From positions 38,192,001 to 38,256,000 of the forward strand of contig NC_090335.1 in NCBI RefSeq assembly GCF_035084215.1: a stretch of DNA of 64,000 nucleotides, read 5' to 3'. Origin of the DNA: Heptranchias perlo. Its lineage: Eukaryota. Shown piece by piece: positions 25,385 to 37,806 of this stretch. Position 1 is the stretch's first letter. Every line of letters starts with the position of its first letter. Under the pieces are notes generated by a model that saw only the letters and a list, made by a program, of their open reading frames with translations, did no database searches and was not told the DNA's origin. The translations under genes and the position numbers were made by a program.

Positions 25385-26100
25385 GATAGTATCATAGTAG
25401 GTACAGCACAGAAGGAGGTCATTCATGCCATCATGCCTCTTTGAAAGAGCTATCCAATTAGTCTCATTCCCCTGCCCTTTCCCCATAGCCCTGTAAATTA
25501 TTTCCCTTTAATTATTTATCCAATTCCCTTTGAAAGTTACAATTGAATCTGCCTCCACCAACCTTTCAGGCAGTGCATTTCAGACCATTACAACTCGCTA
25601 TGTAAAAAAATGTTTCCTCATGTCGCCTCTGGCTCTTTTGCTGATCACCTTAAATCTGTATCCTCTGGTTACCGACCCTTCCGCTACTGGAAACAGTTTC
25701 TCCTTATTTGCTCTTATCAAAACTGTTCATGATTTTAAACACCTCTATCAAATCTCCCCTTAACCTTCTCTGCTCTAAGGAGAACATCCCAAGCTTCCCC
25801 AATCTCTCCATATCACTGAAGTCCCTGATCCCTGGTACCATTCTCGTAAATCCCTTCTGCACCCTCTCTAAGGCCTTGACATCCTTCCTAAAGTGTGGTG
25901 CCCAGAATTTAACGCAATACTCCAGCTGTGGCCTAACCGGTGTTTTATAAAGGTTTAGCATAATTTCCTTGCTTTTGTATTCTATGCCTCTATTAATAAA
26001 GCCCAGGATCCCATATGCTTTTTTAACAGCCTTCTCAATTTGTCCTGCCTCCTTCAGAGATTTGTGTACGTGCACCCCCAGGTCTCCCTGTTCCTACATC
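25385..26100 (-). mobile_element. CR1 LINE 3' fragment
   Basis: KKAYGILGFINRGIEYKS...VRPQLEYCVKFWAPH...RRLRGDLIEVFKI; same subfamily as 48671-51696 and 55488-57729. Confidence 0.92.
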
Positions 26101-26309
26101 CTGTTCAGCATTAGCCTGAGCCTATACACCTTACTGAATTGACTGATTTTGAGAGTATGAAATTATAGGGAAAAAGACACTAGAACTTTTTTTTTCACAA
26201 AAGTAATAGCATTTTGTTACTCAAACAAAAACAAAGAAAATTCTCTTTAGTACTCTATCTTTGTTTTTGTGAGTTCGACCTGAAAACTGTTATTCTTCAG
26301 GAGCTGTTG

Positions 26310-26732
26310 ATTTTTAAAAATTTAATGCATCGCTGACAAAGCTGACATTTATTCCCCATCCCTGGTCCCCTGAGAAGGTGATGGTAGGTCACCTTTTTGA
26401 TCTGATGTCTTGTTATTCTTTGGTAGCAGTTTCTTATAACTGAGTGATTTGCCAGGGCACTTCAGAGGGACTGGAGTCACATTTAGGTCAGACCGGGTAA
26501 GGACAGCAGGTTTCCTGCCATAAAGGACATTAGTGAACCAGTTGGGTTTTTAGGATACTCTGACAGTTTCGCGGTCGCTTTTACTGATACCAGCTTTTTA
26601 TTTCCGGACTTCTTTTAAAAAACTGAATTTAAATTCTCAGACTGCCATGGTTGAATTGGAACTCACGTTCCTCTGGATTATTAGTCCAGGCCTCTGAGTT
26701 AATTGTCCAGTAACATAACCATTACGCTACCA
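26310..26732 (-). mobile_element. tRNA-derived SINE, second copy
   Basis: Minus-strand head GGTAGCGTAATGGTTATGTTACTGGAC (A-box-like) and GAGTTCCAATTC (B-box-like); body homologous to 24093-25357. Confidence 0.8.
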
Positions 26733-27099
26733 TATGGTCATAATGGTGTGGGTGTGAGGTGGGCATTTGATTTGTGTATTAAACTGCTGCGAACCTAATT
26801 GGTGATATGGCTGTCTTGGGAAATAAATCACACTTGGTTCCACATAATTTGTATTACATTTATCACTAACCAATGGAAAATGTTTCAAATCCATTTTATG
26901 ATACTATCAGCATTATAACAGAACTATTAGAGGAGCTATCTTAGTAAAAAGAAAAGAATTATGAAGAAGGGAGCAAATGTATCACAATCCAGTCAGATTG
27001 ATCGGCTTTTTTTCCTTTGTTTTCCACAAGCTCTTCCGATTCCTTGAATTCTCAATAGGGTTCATTGGTTCTACAGAACATCTTGAGAACTCATTAAGT

Positions 27100-27380
27100 T
27101 TCCCCCTAAGCTTGTCATTGTTGAAGTTTCTGTTTCAAATTGGAAGCAGTTCTCTATGGGTGGGCTGGACATTGGAAGACGAAAATTTACATTCATTTCA
27201 AACATTGTCAGGTTGTCAGCACCATGTTTGAATGTTGTTGGCCAGGGTGTGGAGTTAATGGGGCAAGAGGCAGTTAGGAAGATGGTTCTAATGATAGGTA
27301 ACACACTTGAAACGGTACAGTCTGTTTTTTTCTTTTTACAAATGCTGGTTGGCTTATTCTGCATTTTCTGTTTTCATTAA
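27100..27380 (+). mobile_element. Very old Penelope-like 3' end relic
   Basis: GTTCTAATGATAGGT...TTGAAACGGTACAGTCTGTTT...AATGCTG...GCATTTTCTGTTTTCATT parallels 9789-9888; upstream KFLFQIG..GGLDI resembles IFRLG..LNI of the GIY-YIG end. Confidence 0.5.
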
Positions 27381-28857
27381 TACTTTGGGGTTTAATTTAG
27401 TCCGGTAGTGCACCAGTTAACATGTTGAAGTAAAATATGTCTGTGCAACACTTTAATGTAGCCATTGAACTAATATTTAAAATAAATGGGCTCACAACAT
27501 GTACACTACTAGAGAAAATTAAACACCTCAGAGTCTCAGCACTCAAAATACACCATTAATTTTACAGACCCTTCGTCCAGTAGGCAGACTTATATTCCAT
27601 TTATAGTACTGAACTGCTGCTATGTAATTGTCTGGGCCGCTGATGTCCCACTCTATGTTGCAGGGCAGCTTCCATATCACCAACAGCTTCACACATGCGC
27701 TGTTGTTTGGAAGCTGTGAATCGTGCCTTTGACTTCTGAATGTTTCACCTTCCCTGTTGGCCTGTATGAGTGCACTAAACACTCAAGCCATCCCTTGGCC
27801 CAATTGACAGCCACTTTCGTTACTTCTCCACACTCGAAATGCGGCGGGGGGAGGGAGGGTTGGGGGAGAACCACCTCCTGAGGCGAACTGTACAGTTTAA
27901 TTTATATTGCAATGTTACTGCCAACGTTGGACTGTCACAGGTGGCAATGCTGTAAGGTTAATGCAACATTAAACAGATCTTCTGTATTATTGCACTCCTT
28001 GGTGTTTAACTTTTGCTATCAGTGACAGATTACACTTAAACAAATGAGTTATTATGGTATGTTTTAAAACAGTAAGAAATTGTCATGATTTCTGCATGTG
28101 GTAAGTTGATGCACATGAATCATTTTCTGTATCCTTTTATTTTGAATACTAGAGGGGTGGCCTGGTGATGTAGTGTGGTATTGTAACAATGCACTTCACC
28201 AGTGAGTGGTTGGATCCAAGTTGTGTCTGTTGTTGCCGATAGAGTGAGTTGCTAATCTCATTCAAGTTACACAGTGGATCAAAAATAAGAGGACAGGTTG
28301 AACTGGATTGTTCTCCTTTGCACTCTTCCAAGCAGATAGTTAGCAGGACGAGCAGAGGCCTGAGAACATGTCACCCATTTGGGAATGCTGCATGGCACAG
28401 GGTACCAAAGAGGGCAGGAAAGATTTGTTCAATATTAGACGTAAATAAGATCGACATTATTTTCTCAAGGTTTGTATTAAACAATAGCATTTTAGCCTTA
28501 TCGATGGTGGATCTGTATTAAACAACCATTGCCTTGTGAAGCACTCTGGAATACCTCTCTGTTTACAAGAACTATAGAAATTTTTTTTCAGTACATAACG
28601 TGACAATTTTGCTATAAATCCTGTTGCAGTATATCTCATCCAGACTATATTGCACTTATTAAACAGGTTAGATATCTACTGGGCCCATCCTCTCTCTGTG
28701 TACAATGACCTTTATCAAGCAGTTCCATAATTTTCCTGGTAGACTAGGAAATTAATCTTATCGAGTTCTGCAGCCTAAGTGACCTTGGTGAATCGTTAAG
28801 AGAGTTCAGTGTGCCTTGAGGTTTTCCAGTCACAGTGTGGGTAATTTTTATTTCAGA

Positions 28858-29009
28858 GGGGGTTGAAAATTGCCGATAGTGGATCAGCCTTCTGTTATAC
28901 ACCCATCCCCACCCCTTCTCCACCCCTCCCCACCCCGAAGTTAATTGATAGGAAAACGGGCAGGGTGCATAATGGGTGGCTGATCCACTGCCACCAGTTT
29001 TCCACCCCC
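28858..29009. mobile_element. Palindromic MITE (~150 bp)
   Basis: GGGGGTTGAAAATTG / CAGTTTTCCACCCCC ends; inner AGTGGATCAGCC / GGCTGATCCACT. Confidence 0.7.
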
Positions 29010-29106
29010 GCCGGAAGTGTCAGTCGGCTCCACTGCTTATTTCCTCAATATCAGTAGCCTTGGTGGAACCAGTCTTGTCTTGCATTCACATTATATAGGA
29101 CACATT

Positions 29107-29800
29107 AGTCTGGATTTTCCGCTTTGGGCGCAGTTTAGGCCTAGTGATGGATTTTAGACAGACTCAAAGGATCGTTTGCACCCAATTTTCCAAAGTTAGC
29201 TCATTTGAATCACTTCAGGTGCCGATTTGTTTGAGAGTACTGAGTATAGTGGAAAACTGCATGAAAGCCTTTGAAAAGGCCCAAAAGTCATCTCATTCCA
29301 TTAGCAGCCTTTATCAAGGTTGAAGGAGGCGGGGGAAGGGGCAGCCATGAATGAAGGGGATAAGAAACTTAAAGTGCAAGCACAAGATTACATTCAAGTG
29401 ATGGATCAACTCTGTACCCAACCCCATGTTCGACAGTGGCCAAAATTGAGGAATAGCTGCATGAGCTAGTTGTAAGGAAGGTAGCCCTCATTGCCACTCT
29501 ACAGCATAGCTGCCATAGGTCAGCATAGCTGCAAGGAGGTAGAGCCAAGTTTCAGGCACAGCTGATCATTATTGTCGCTGATTATGCCAGCCCTGTGCTG
29601 CATGGAGCTGTATGTGTCCTTGCAGCAGGTAGCACAGTTCTCTGCTGATCCAGACCCTTTGAAGACAGTTCCCCATCGTCATTGCCAGGTACGTGTGCAG
29701 AGCCTACAGATAAGGTTGGTGGCATCTTGGGTGCAGCCAATCAAGGTACAATGGCTGTCGATCATCCTGCCATGCCTTCTTTGATGAAGTGCACTAAAAG
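29107..29800 (-). mobile_element. Old Harbinger-related relic (right boundary uncertain)
   Basis: 29107-29129 matches a TIR of the 12787-13449 MITE at 20/23; minus strand 29607-29692 reads YLAMTMGNCLQRVWISRELCYLLQGHIQ, similar to the transposase N-terminus near 49.8 kb. Confidence 0.45.
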
Positions 29801-31353
29801 CATGAAATGTGATTGGGGTGTTTCCAAAGAAGCATCCAACTTTATGCTTAGTCAAGCATTCATATATCTGAGTTGTACCATTGGGTTGGTTGTCCTGGTT
29901 TCCTTTGGAAAGAGGCGCCACTCCATGTACTAATTATCAACCAAAGTGAGGTCTGGCCACCTCGGTGTGCGTATGCAGGTGTGAAGATATTGGTGGGTAA
30001 GGACAGAGCATCTCTCTTGCAGTCGGACATGGCTGGCATCCCTCCATTGGCTCTTCTCCTCATGTTTCAAACACCTCAGAGAGAAGGATTCTCATTGGGA
30101 AACCCATTGGTGCCAGTAGTAGTGCTGGGTGAGGGGGGGTGTAATTTTCCCAATTGGCAGAAAGACTGATAAGAAAATAATTGTCTGCAGAAAAGAAATT
30201 GACTTAAAGCATTCAAGAAAATGGCTCCGGTGTTAAAGATTGAAGTTACTTGCCTGTCCAGCATTGTTAGGGAACCAACTATGATTGTAGCTGATGTAAT
30301 GGTCCCAGGGAAATAAAATGCAATCCTTGATATTTCACACATCTTAACTCTTTTGATGTCCTACAAGACCAAACATGCCCTCCCCAAATGCATCTGTTAA
30401 TGAATGGGCAGGATGGAACTCTCACCCATCTGCCCACATTTGACAAGAGGTCAGTCAGAATGAAAATGTACAAGTAGCCGTGACCCTTTTAATCACTGAC
30501 ACCTCTACTTACCTAAAAACAAAACAGAACAGATTGATTGTTGTTTTTTCTGGTGTTAAAAAAAAAATAGCTGCGCAGGCAACAAGGTACCTATCCAAAC
30601 AGTTAATTTTACAAAGCACTCATCTTTTTATAAAATTCTAAAGTGCACTAGTAACATCCAGTTACAGAAAATCAAATCTGTGACTCCTGCATTGGAATAC
30701 CTCTGCCTCTTTTGACAAAACCTGGAATCAGACAATGGCCAGCTTGGGACTGACTCACATTTCCCTCGGAATATGCAGCTTTACAAAACATAAATATATA
30801 TATTTATTTCCAACAAGTTTATTTGGAATTAAGGGCTGAATTAGTTAAAGGAAATACATATTTTAATGCATTAACATATTACTAGGAGCAAATGTGTTAA
30901 CATTTTATTGTTAGCAAACCGTGGACTTTAATTTCCCACACATTAACCCTGTTTCAATTACTCCTTCCTTTAAATGAAAGAAATGCACTTTGACGAGACA
31001 TCAGGAGGAGACAGACTCTATTGCTGGAACTGATGCGATGAATATTTATTGTTAACACTTTGAAATAGTTAAGCATTCAGCATGATCAAGTATTTCTTTT
31101 TCCCAGGCCCTGGCATGCCAATTTTTTCATATTCGATCCTGGCCTGAATTACAATGGGACTGTTCTAATGAAACTAAATGGAATCAGTTCCACATGTTTG
31201 AGCCTGGTTGTTGAATGATCTGTTCTAACTTCTCAGGTTCATTCATTTTTTTTTCTTCTTTTTCTGCTCCTCCTGGTTCCAATGCAGTACCGGCTCCCAA
31301 TCGTCTCTCCCCCTGCCCTCAACTCCCAATCGTCTCTCCCCCTGCCCCCACCT

Positions 31354-32664
31354 CCCAATCGCTCACCCCTCTCCCAATCGCTCACCCTTCTCCCAATCGC
31401 TCACCCCTCTCCCAATCGCTTGCCCCTCTCCCAATTGCTCACCCCTCTCCCAATCGCTTGCCCCTCTCCCAATTGCTCACCCCTCTCCCAATCGCTCACC
31501 CCTCTCCCAATCGCTCACCCTTCTCCCAATCGCTCACCCCTCTCCCAATCGCTCACCCCTCTCCCAATCGCTCACCCCTCTCCCAATCGCTCACCCCTCT
31601 CCCAATCGCTCACCCCTCTCCCAATCGCTCACCCCTCTCCCAATCGCTCACCCTTCTCCCAATCGCTCACCCCTCTCCCAATCGCTCACCCCTCTCCCAA
31701 TCGCTCACCCTTCTCCCAATCGCTCACCCCTCTCCCAATCGCTCACCCTTCTCCCAATCGCTTGCCCTTCTCCCAATCGCTCACCCTTCTCCCAATCGCT
31801 TGCCCTTCTCCCAATCGCTCACCCTTCTCCCAATCGCTTGCCCTTCTCCCAATCGCTCACCCCTCTCCCAATCGCTCACCCTTCTCCCAATCGCTTGCCC
31901 CTCTCCCAATCGCTCACCCTTCTCCCAATCGCTCACCCTTCTCCCAATCGCTCACCCTTCTCCCAATCGCTCACCCCTCTCCCAATCGCTCACCCTTCTC
32001 CCAATCGCTCACCCTTCTCCCAATCGCTTGCCCCTCTCCCAATCGCTCACCCTTCTCCCAATCGCTCACCCTTCTCCCAATCGCTCACCCCTCTCCCAAT
32101 CGCTCACCCTTCTCCCAATCGCTCACCCCTCTCCCAATCGCTCACCCTTCTCCCAATCGCTTGCCCTTCTCCCAATCGCTCACCCTTCTCCCAATCGCTC
32201 ACCCCTCTCCCAATCGCTCACCCCTCTCCCAATCGCTCACCCCTCTCCCAATCGCTCACCCCTCTCCCAATCGCTCACCCCTCTCCCAATCGCTCACCCT
32301 TCTCCCAATCGCTTGCCCCTCTCCCAATCGCTCGCCCTTCTCCCAATCGCTCACCCTTCTCCCAATCGCTCACCCCTCTCCCAATCGCTCGCCCCTCTCC
32401 CAATCGCTCGCCCCTCTCCCAATCGCTCACCCTTCTCCCAATCGCTCACCCCTCTCCCAATCGCTCACCCCTCTCCCAATCGCTCACCCCTCTCCCAATC
32501 GCTCGCCCCTCTCCCAATCGCTCACCCTTCTCCCAATCGCTCACCCCTCTCCCAATCGCTCGCCCCTCTCCCAATCGCTCGCCCCTCTCCCAATCGCTCA
32601 CCCTTCTCCCAATCGCTCACCCTTCTCCCAATCGCTCGCCCCTCTCCCAATCGCTCACCCCTCT
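31354..32664. repeat. Homogeneous 19-bp minisatellite, 69 units
   Basis: Unit CCCAATCGCT(CA/TG/CG)CCC(C/T)TCT; 1311 bp = 69 x 19; translations repeat every 19 aa (3 units). Confidence 0.97.
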
Positions 32665-35211
32665 CCCAATCGCATCCACTCACTCAATCGCTCCCTCCTT
32701 CCCCTCTTCCAAACACTCCTCTCCCTCCTCCCAATCAGCAGCCCCTCCCCCTCCCAATCGCTGCCCCCTCTCCCAATCGCTCCCCGCTGTCCCAATCGCT
32801 GCCCCCTCTCCCAATTGCTCCCTCCTCCCCCTCTCCCAAACACTCCTCTCCCTCCTCCCAATCAACAGCCCCTCCCCCTCTCCATCTCCCAATCGCTCCT
32901 CATCTCCCCCCTCCCAATTGCTCCTCCCCTTCCAATCGCATCCTCTCTCCCAATCCCTCCCTCCTCCCCCTCTCCCAAATATACCCTTCCCCCTCCCAAT
33001 CAGTAACCCCTTCCCAATCAGTACCCCTCCCCACCCCATCTCCCAATCACTCTTCCTTCCCCCTCCCAATCGCTCCTCCCCTCCCCTGCTCCTAATCGCT
33101 CCTCCCCTCCCCATATCGCTCGCCCCTCTCACAATCGCATCCGCTCTCCCAATCGCTCCCTCCTCCCCCTCTCCCAAGCATTCCCCTCCCCTTCCCAAGC
33201 ATTCCCCTCCCCTTCCCAATCAGTAACCCCTCCCCCTCCCCATCTCCCAATCGCTCCTCCCCACCCACTCCCCCTCCCAATCGCTGCCCCCTCTCCCAAT
33301 CACTGCCCCCACTCCCAATCGTTCCCCCTCTCCCAATTGCTGCCCCCTCTCCCAATAGCTCCCCCCTCTCCCAATTACTCCCCCCTCTCCCAATCGCTCC
33401 CTCTCCCACTCCCAATTGCTCCCACTCTCCCAATCGCTCCCCACTCCCCTCTCACACACACCCTCCCCCTCACCCAGTCATTCCCCCTCCCCCTCTTCCA
33501 GTCGCTTCCCCTCCCCCATCCCAATCGTTCCCGTCCCTATCTCACAATCTGCCCCTCCCCCTCTCCAAATTGCTCCCCCTCCCGCTCTCCCAATCGCTCC
33601 CCTCCACCTCTCCCAATCGCTCCCCTCCCCCTCTCCCAATCACTCCCCCCCCACTCTCCCAATCGCTCCCTTTCCCTCTCTCCCAATCACTCTCCCTCTC
33701 CCAATCACTCCCCCTCCCCTGCTCCAATCGCTCCCTCCTCCCCTCCCAATCGCTGCCCCCTCTCCCAATCGCTGCCCCTCTCCCAATCGCTCTCCCTCTC
33801 CCAATCATTCCCCCCTCCCCTGCTCCCAATCGCTCCCTCCTCCCCCTCTCCCAACACTCCCCTCCCCCTCCCAATCGCTGCCCCCTCTCCCAATCACTCG
33901 CTCAGCCCCTCCCCCTTCCCAATCGCTGCCCCCCTCCCAATCGCTCCTCCTCTCCCAATCGCTCCCCCTCTCCAAATCGCTCCCCATATCACTTTCCCAA
34001 TTGCTCCCCCTCCCAATCGCTCCCCCTCTCAATCGCTCATCCCCTCCCTCGCCCAATCGCACCCACTCCCCCTCTCCCAATCACTCCCTCTCCCAATCAC
34101 TCCCCCCTCATACTCTCCCTCCACTGCTTCCAATCGCTCCTCCTCCCCAACTCCCAATCGCTCCTCCTCCCCAACTCCCAATCGCTCCCCCTCCCCCTCT
34201 CCCAATGGCTCCCCCCTTTTCCAATCACTCCCTCCTCCCCCCTCCCAAACACTCCCCCTCCCCCCTCTCATTATCGCTCCCCGCTCTCCCAATTGCTCCC
34301 CCTCCCAATTGCTCCCATTTCCCAATCACTCCTCCCGTCCCCTTCCCCTCTCTCAGTCGTTCCCACTTCCACCACTCCCAAAACTTGCCCCCTCCCAATG
34401 GCTCCCCACTCTCCCAATCACTCCCCACTCTCCCAGTCGCTCCCACTTCCACCGCTCCCAAAACTTTCCCCCTCCCAACCCCTCCCCACCCTCCCAATCG
34501 CTCCCCACCCTCCCATTCGCTCCCCCCTCTCCCAATCGCTCCCCCCTCTCCTAATCCCTCCCCCCTCTCCCAATCGGTGCCCCCTCCCATTCTCCCAATT
34601 GCTGCCTCCTCCCATTCTCCCAATCGCTCCCCCCTCCAAATCGCTCCCCTGCCCAATCGCTCCCCCTCTCCCAATCGCTCCCTCTTCCCCCTCTCCTAAA
34701 CACTCCCCACTCCCAATCACTCCTTCCGTCCCTCACCCAATTGCTCCCCACTTTCCCAATCGCTCGCCCTTCCATTCACTCCCTCCTCCCCCTCTCCTAA
34801 ACACTCCCCCTCCCTCCTCCTCTCATAATCGCTCCCCACTCTCCCAATCGCTCCCATCTCCCAATCACTCCTCCTGTCCCCTCCCCCTCCCCAATTGCTT
34901 CCCCTCTCCCAATCACTCCCCCTTCCACCTCTCCCAAAACTTCCCCCCTCCCAAACGCTTCCCCGTCCCAATTGCTCCCCCCTCTCCCAATTGCTCTCCC
35001 CTCACCCAATCGCTCTCCCCTCACCCAATCGCTCCCCCCCCAATCACTCCCTCCTTCCCCTCTCCAAAATACTCCCCCTCCCTATCTCCCAATCACTCCT
35101 CCTCCCCCTCCACATCTCCCAATCGCTCCTTGCCGCCCCCTCCCCCTCTCCCAATCGCTCCCTCCTCCCCCTCTCCCAAACACTTCCCTCTCCCCCTTCC
35201 AATCACTCCCA
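32665..35211. repeat. Degenerate C-rich satellite built on the CTCCCAATCGCT core
   Basis: Core recurs at irregular short intervals with C/T-rich linkers; frequent AATCACT/AATTGCT CpG-decay variants; longer local duplications (34361 vs 34441, 80-bp spacing). Confidence 0.95.
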
Positions 35212-35280
35212 CCAAACTTCACTGGATACAGACGTAGTGCTGGAGGATTGGAGGACTGCTAAAGTTGTACCGTTGTTTAA

Positions 35281-35378
35281 GAACATAAGAACATAAGAAA
35301 TAGGAGCAGGAGTAGGCCAATCGGCCCTTCGAGCCTGCTCCACCATTCAATAAGATCATGGCTGATCTGATCCTAACC
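35281..35378 (-). mobile_element. 98-bp 3' stub of a young CR1
   Basis: GAACATAAGAACATAAGAAATAGGAGC...CTGATCCTAACC flanked by TTAA (35277-35280, 35379-35382); excision restores host LFKKG codons. Confidence 0.92.
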
Positions 35379-36156
35379 TTAAAAAGGGAGCAAAGGATAG
35401 ATCGAGTAATTACAGGCCAGTCAGCCTAACCTCGGTGGTGGGCAAATTATTGGAATCAATTCTGAGGGACAGGATAAATTGTCACTTAGAAAGGCACGAA
35501 CTAATCAAGGACAGTCAGCACGGATTTGTTAAGGGGAGGTCGTGTCTGACCAACTTGATTGAATTTGTTGAGGAGGTGACAAGGAGGATCGATGAGGGTA
35601 GCGTAATTGATGTAGTCTACATGAATTTTAGCAAGGCTTTTGACAAGGTCCCACATGGCAGATTTGTCAAAAAAGTAAAGGCCCATGGGATCCAAGGGAA
35701 TGTGGCAAATTGGATCCAAAATTGGCTCAGTGGCAGGAAGCAAAGGGTAATGGTCGACAGGTGTTTTGGCGACTGGAAGGCTGTTTCGAGTGGGGTGCCG
35801 CTGGGGTCGATACTAGGTCCTTTGCTTTTTGTGGTATACATTAACGATTTGCACTTAAACGCAGGGGGCATGATTAAGAAATTTGCGGATGGCACAAAGA
35901 TAGGCCATGAGGTTGATAGTGAGGAGGAAAGCTGTTAACTGCAGGAAGATATCAATGGACTGGTCAGATGGGCAGAAAAGTGGCAAATGGAGTTCAATCC
36001 GGAGACGTGTGAGGTAATGCATTTGGGGAGAGCAAACAAGGCAAGGGAATACACAATAAATGGGAGGATACTGAGAGGTGTAAAGGAAGTGAGGGACCTT
36101 GGAGTCCATGACCACAGATTCCTGAAGGAAGCAGGACAGGTAGATAAGGTGGTTAG

Positions 36157-37148
36157 AACATAAGAACATAAGAAATAGGAGCAGGAGTAGGCCAATCGGC
36201 CCCTCGAGCCTGCTCCACCATTCAATAAGATCATGGCTGATCTGATCCTAACCTCAAATTTAAATTCATGTCCAATTTCCTGCCAGCTACCCGTAACCCC
36301 TAATTCCCTTTACTTCTAGGAAACTGTCTATTTCTGTTTTAAATTTATTTAATGATGTAGCTTCCACAGCTTCCTGGGGCAGCAAATTCCACAGACCTAC
36401 TACCCTCTGAGTGAAGAAGTTTCTCCTCATCTCAGTTTTGAAAGAGCAGCCCCTTATTCTAAGATTATGCCCCCTAGTTCTAGTTTCACCCATCCTTGGG
36501 AACATCCTTACCGCATCCACCCGATCAAGCCCCTTCACAATCTTATATGTTTCAATAAGATCGCCTCTCATTCTTCTGAACTCCAATGAGTAGAGTCCCA
36601 ATCTACTCAACCTCTCCTCATATGTCCACCCCCTCATCCCTGGGATTAACCGAGTGAACCTTCTTTGCACTGCCTCGAGAGCAAGTATGTCTTTTCTTAA
36701 GTATGGAGACCAAAACTGTATGCAGTATTCCAGGTGCGGTCTCACCAATACCCTATATAACTGCAGCAATACCTCCCTGTTTTTATATTCTATCCCCCTA
36801 GCAATAAAAGCCAACATTCCGTTGGCCTTCTTGATCACCTGCTGCACCTGCATACTAACTTTTTGATTTTCTTGCACGAGGACCCCCAGATCCCTTTGTA
36901 CTGCAGTACTTTCCAGTTTCTCGCCATTAAGATAATAACTTGCTCTCTTATTTTTCCTGCCAAAGTGCATAACCTCACATTTTCCAATATTGTATTGCAT
37001 CTGCCAAATCTCCGCCCACTCACCCAGCCTGTCTATATCCCCTTGTAGGTTTTTTATGTCCTCCTCACTCTCTACTTTCCCTCCCATCTTTGTATCATCT
37101 GCAAACTTTGATATGCTACACTCGGTCCTCTCCTCCAAATTGTTAATA
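36157..37148 (-). mobile_element. Young 5'-truncated CR1 (~1 kb) with uninterrupted RT C-terminal reading frame
   Basis: ORF 36287-37159 runs from YINNL..SKFADD to the natural stop; TAG at both junctions; excision restores host VVRKAYG. Confidence 0.95.
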
Positions 37149-37806
37149 TAGGAAGGCATATGGAATGCTTTCCTTTATTAACCGAGGTATAGAATATAAA
37201 AGCAGGGATGTTATGCTGGAACTGTATAAAATACTAGTTGGGCCACAGCTGCGCACAGTTCTGGTCACCACATTACAGGAAGGATGTAATTGCACTAGAG
37301 AAGGTGCAGAGGAGATTTATGAGAATGTTACAAGGACTGGAGAATTTTAGCTATGAGGAAAGATTGGATAGGCTGGGGTTGTTTTCCTTGGAACAGAGGC
37401 GGCTGAGGGGTGATGTGATTGAGGTGTACAAAATTATGAGGGGCCTAGATAGAGTGGATAGGAAGGACCTATTTCCCTTAGCGGAGGGGTCAATAACCAG
37501 GGGGTATAGATTTAAAGTGATTGGTAGAAGGATTAGAGTGGAAATGAGGAATTTCTTTTTTACCCAGAGGGTGGTGGAGGTCTGGAACTCACTGCCTGAG
37601 AGGGTGATAGAGGCAGACACCATCAACTCATTTAAAAAATACCTGGATGTGCACCTGAAAAGCCAAGACCCGCAGGGCTACGGACCAAATGCGGGAAAGT
37701 GGGATTAGGCTGGGTGGCTCGTTTCTCAGCCGGCGCGGACACGATGGGCCGAATGGCCGCCTTCCGTGCCATAAATTTTCTATGATTTTTTGATTCTATT
37801 CTATTC

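Larger units (their letters stand above)
35212..37806 (+). mobile_element. 5'-truncated CR1 inserted in the satellite, itself interrupted twice
   Basis: QTSLDTDVVLEDWRTAKVVPLFK / KG..NYRPVSLTS...QHGFVKGRSC...FADG...GYGPNAGKWD; tail TTCTATGATT...ATTCTATTCTATTC; same subfamily as 42430-44988. Confidence 0.93.

Noticed and set aside
26977-27380. Overlapping ORFs suggesting a host exon
   Set aside because: Frames are broken; the 3' part is better explained as an old Penelope-like end.
30420-30515. Minus-strand GHGYLYIFILTDLLS resembling an integrase first-Asp motif after a splice-acceptor-like site
   Set aside because: Similarity is only ~15 residues, an in-frame stop lies just upstream, and no downstream D-35-E motif follows.
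31215-35296. Long Pro/Ser/Leu-rich ORFs (405-626 aa) and Gly-rich antisense ORFs
   Set aside because: Open in all three + frames because the C-rich repeat lacks stop codons; the 19-bp unit is not a multiple of 3; no sign of coding selection.
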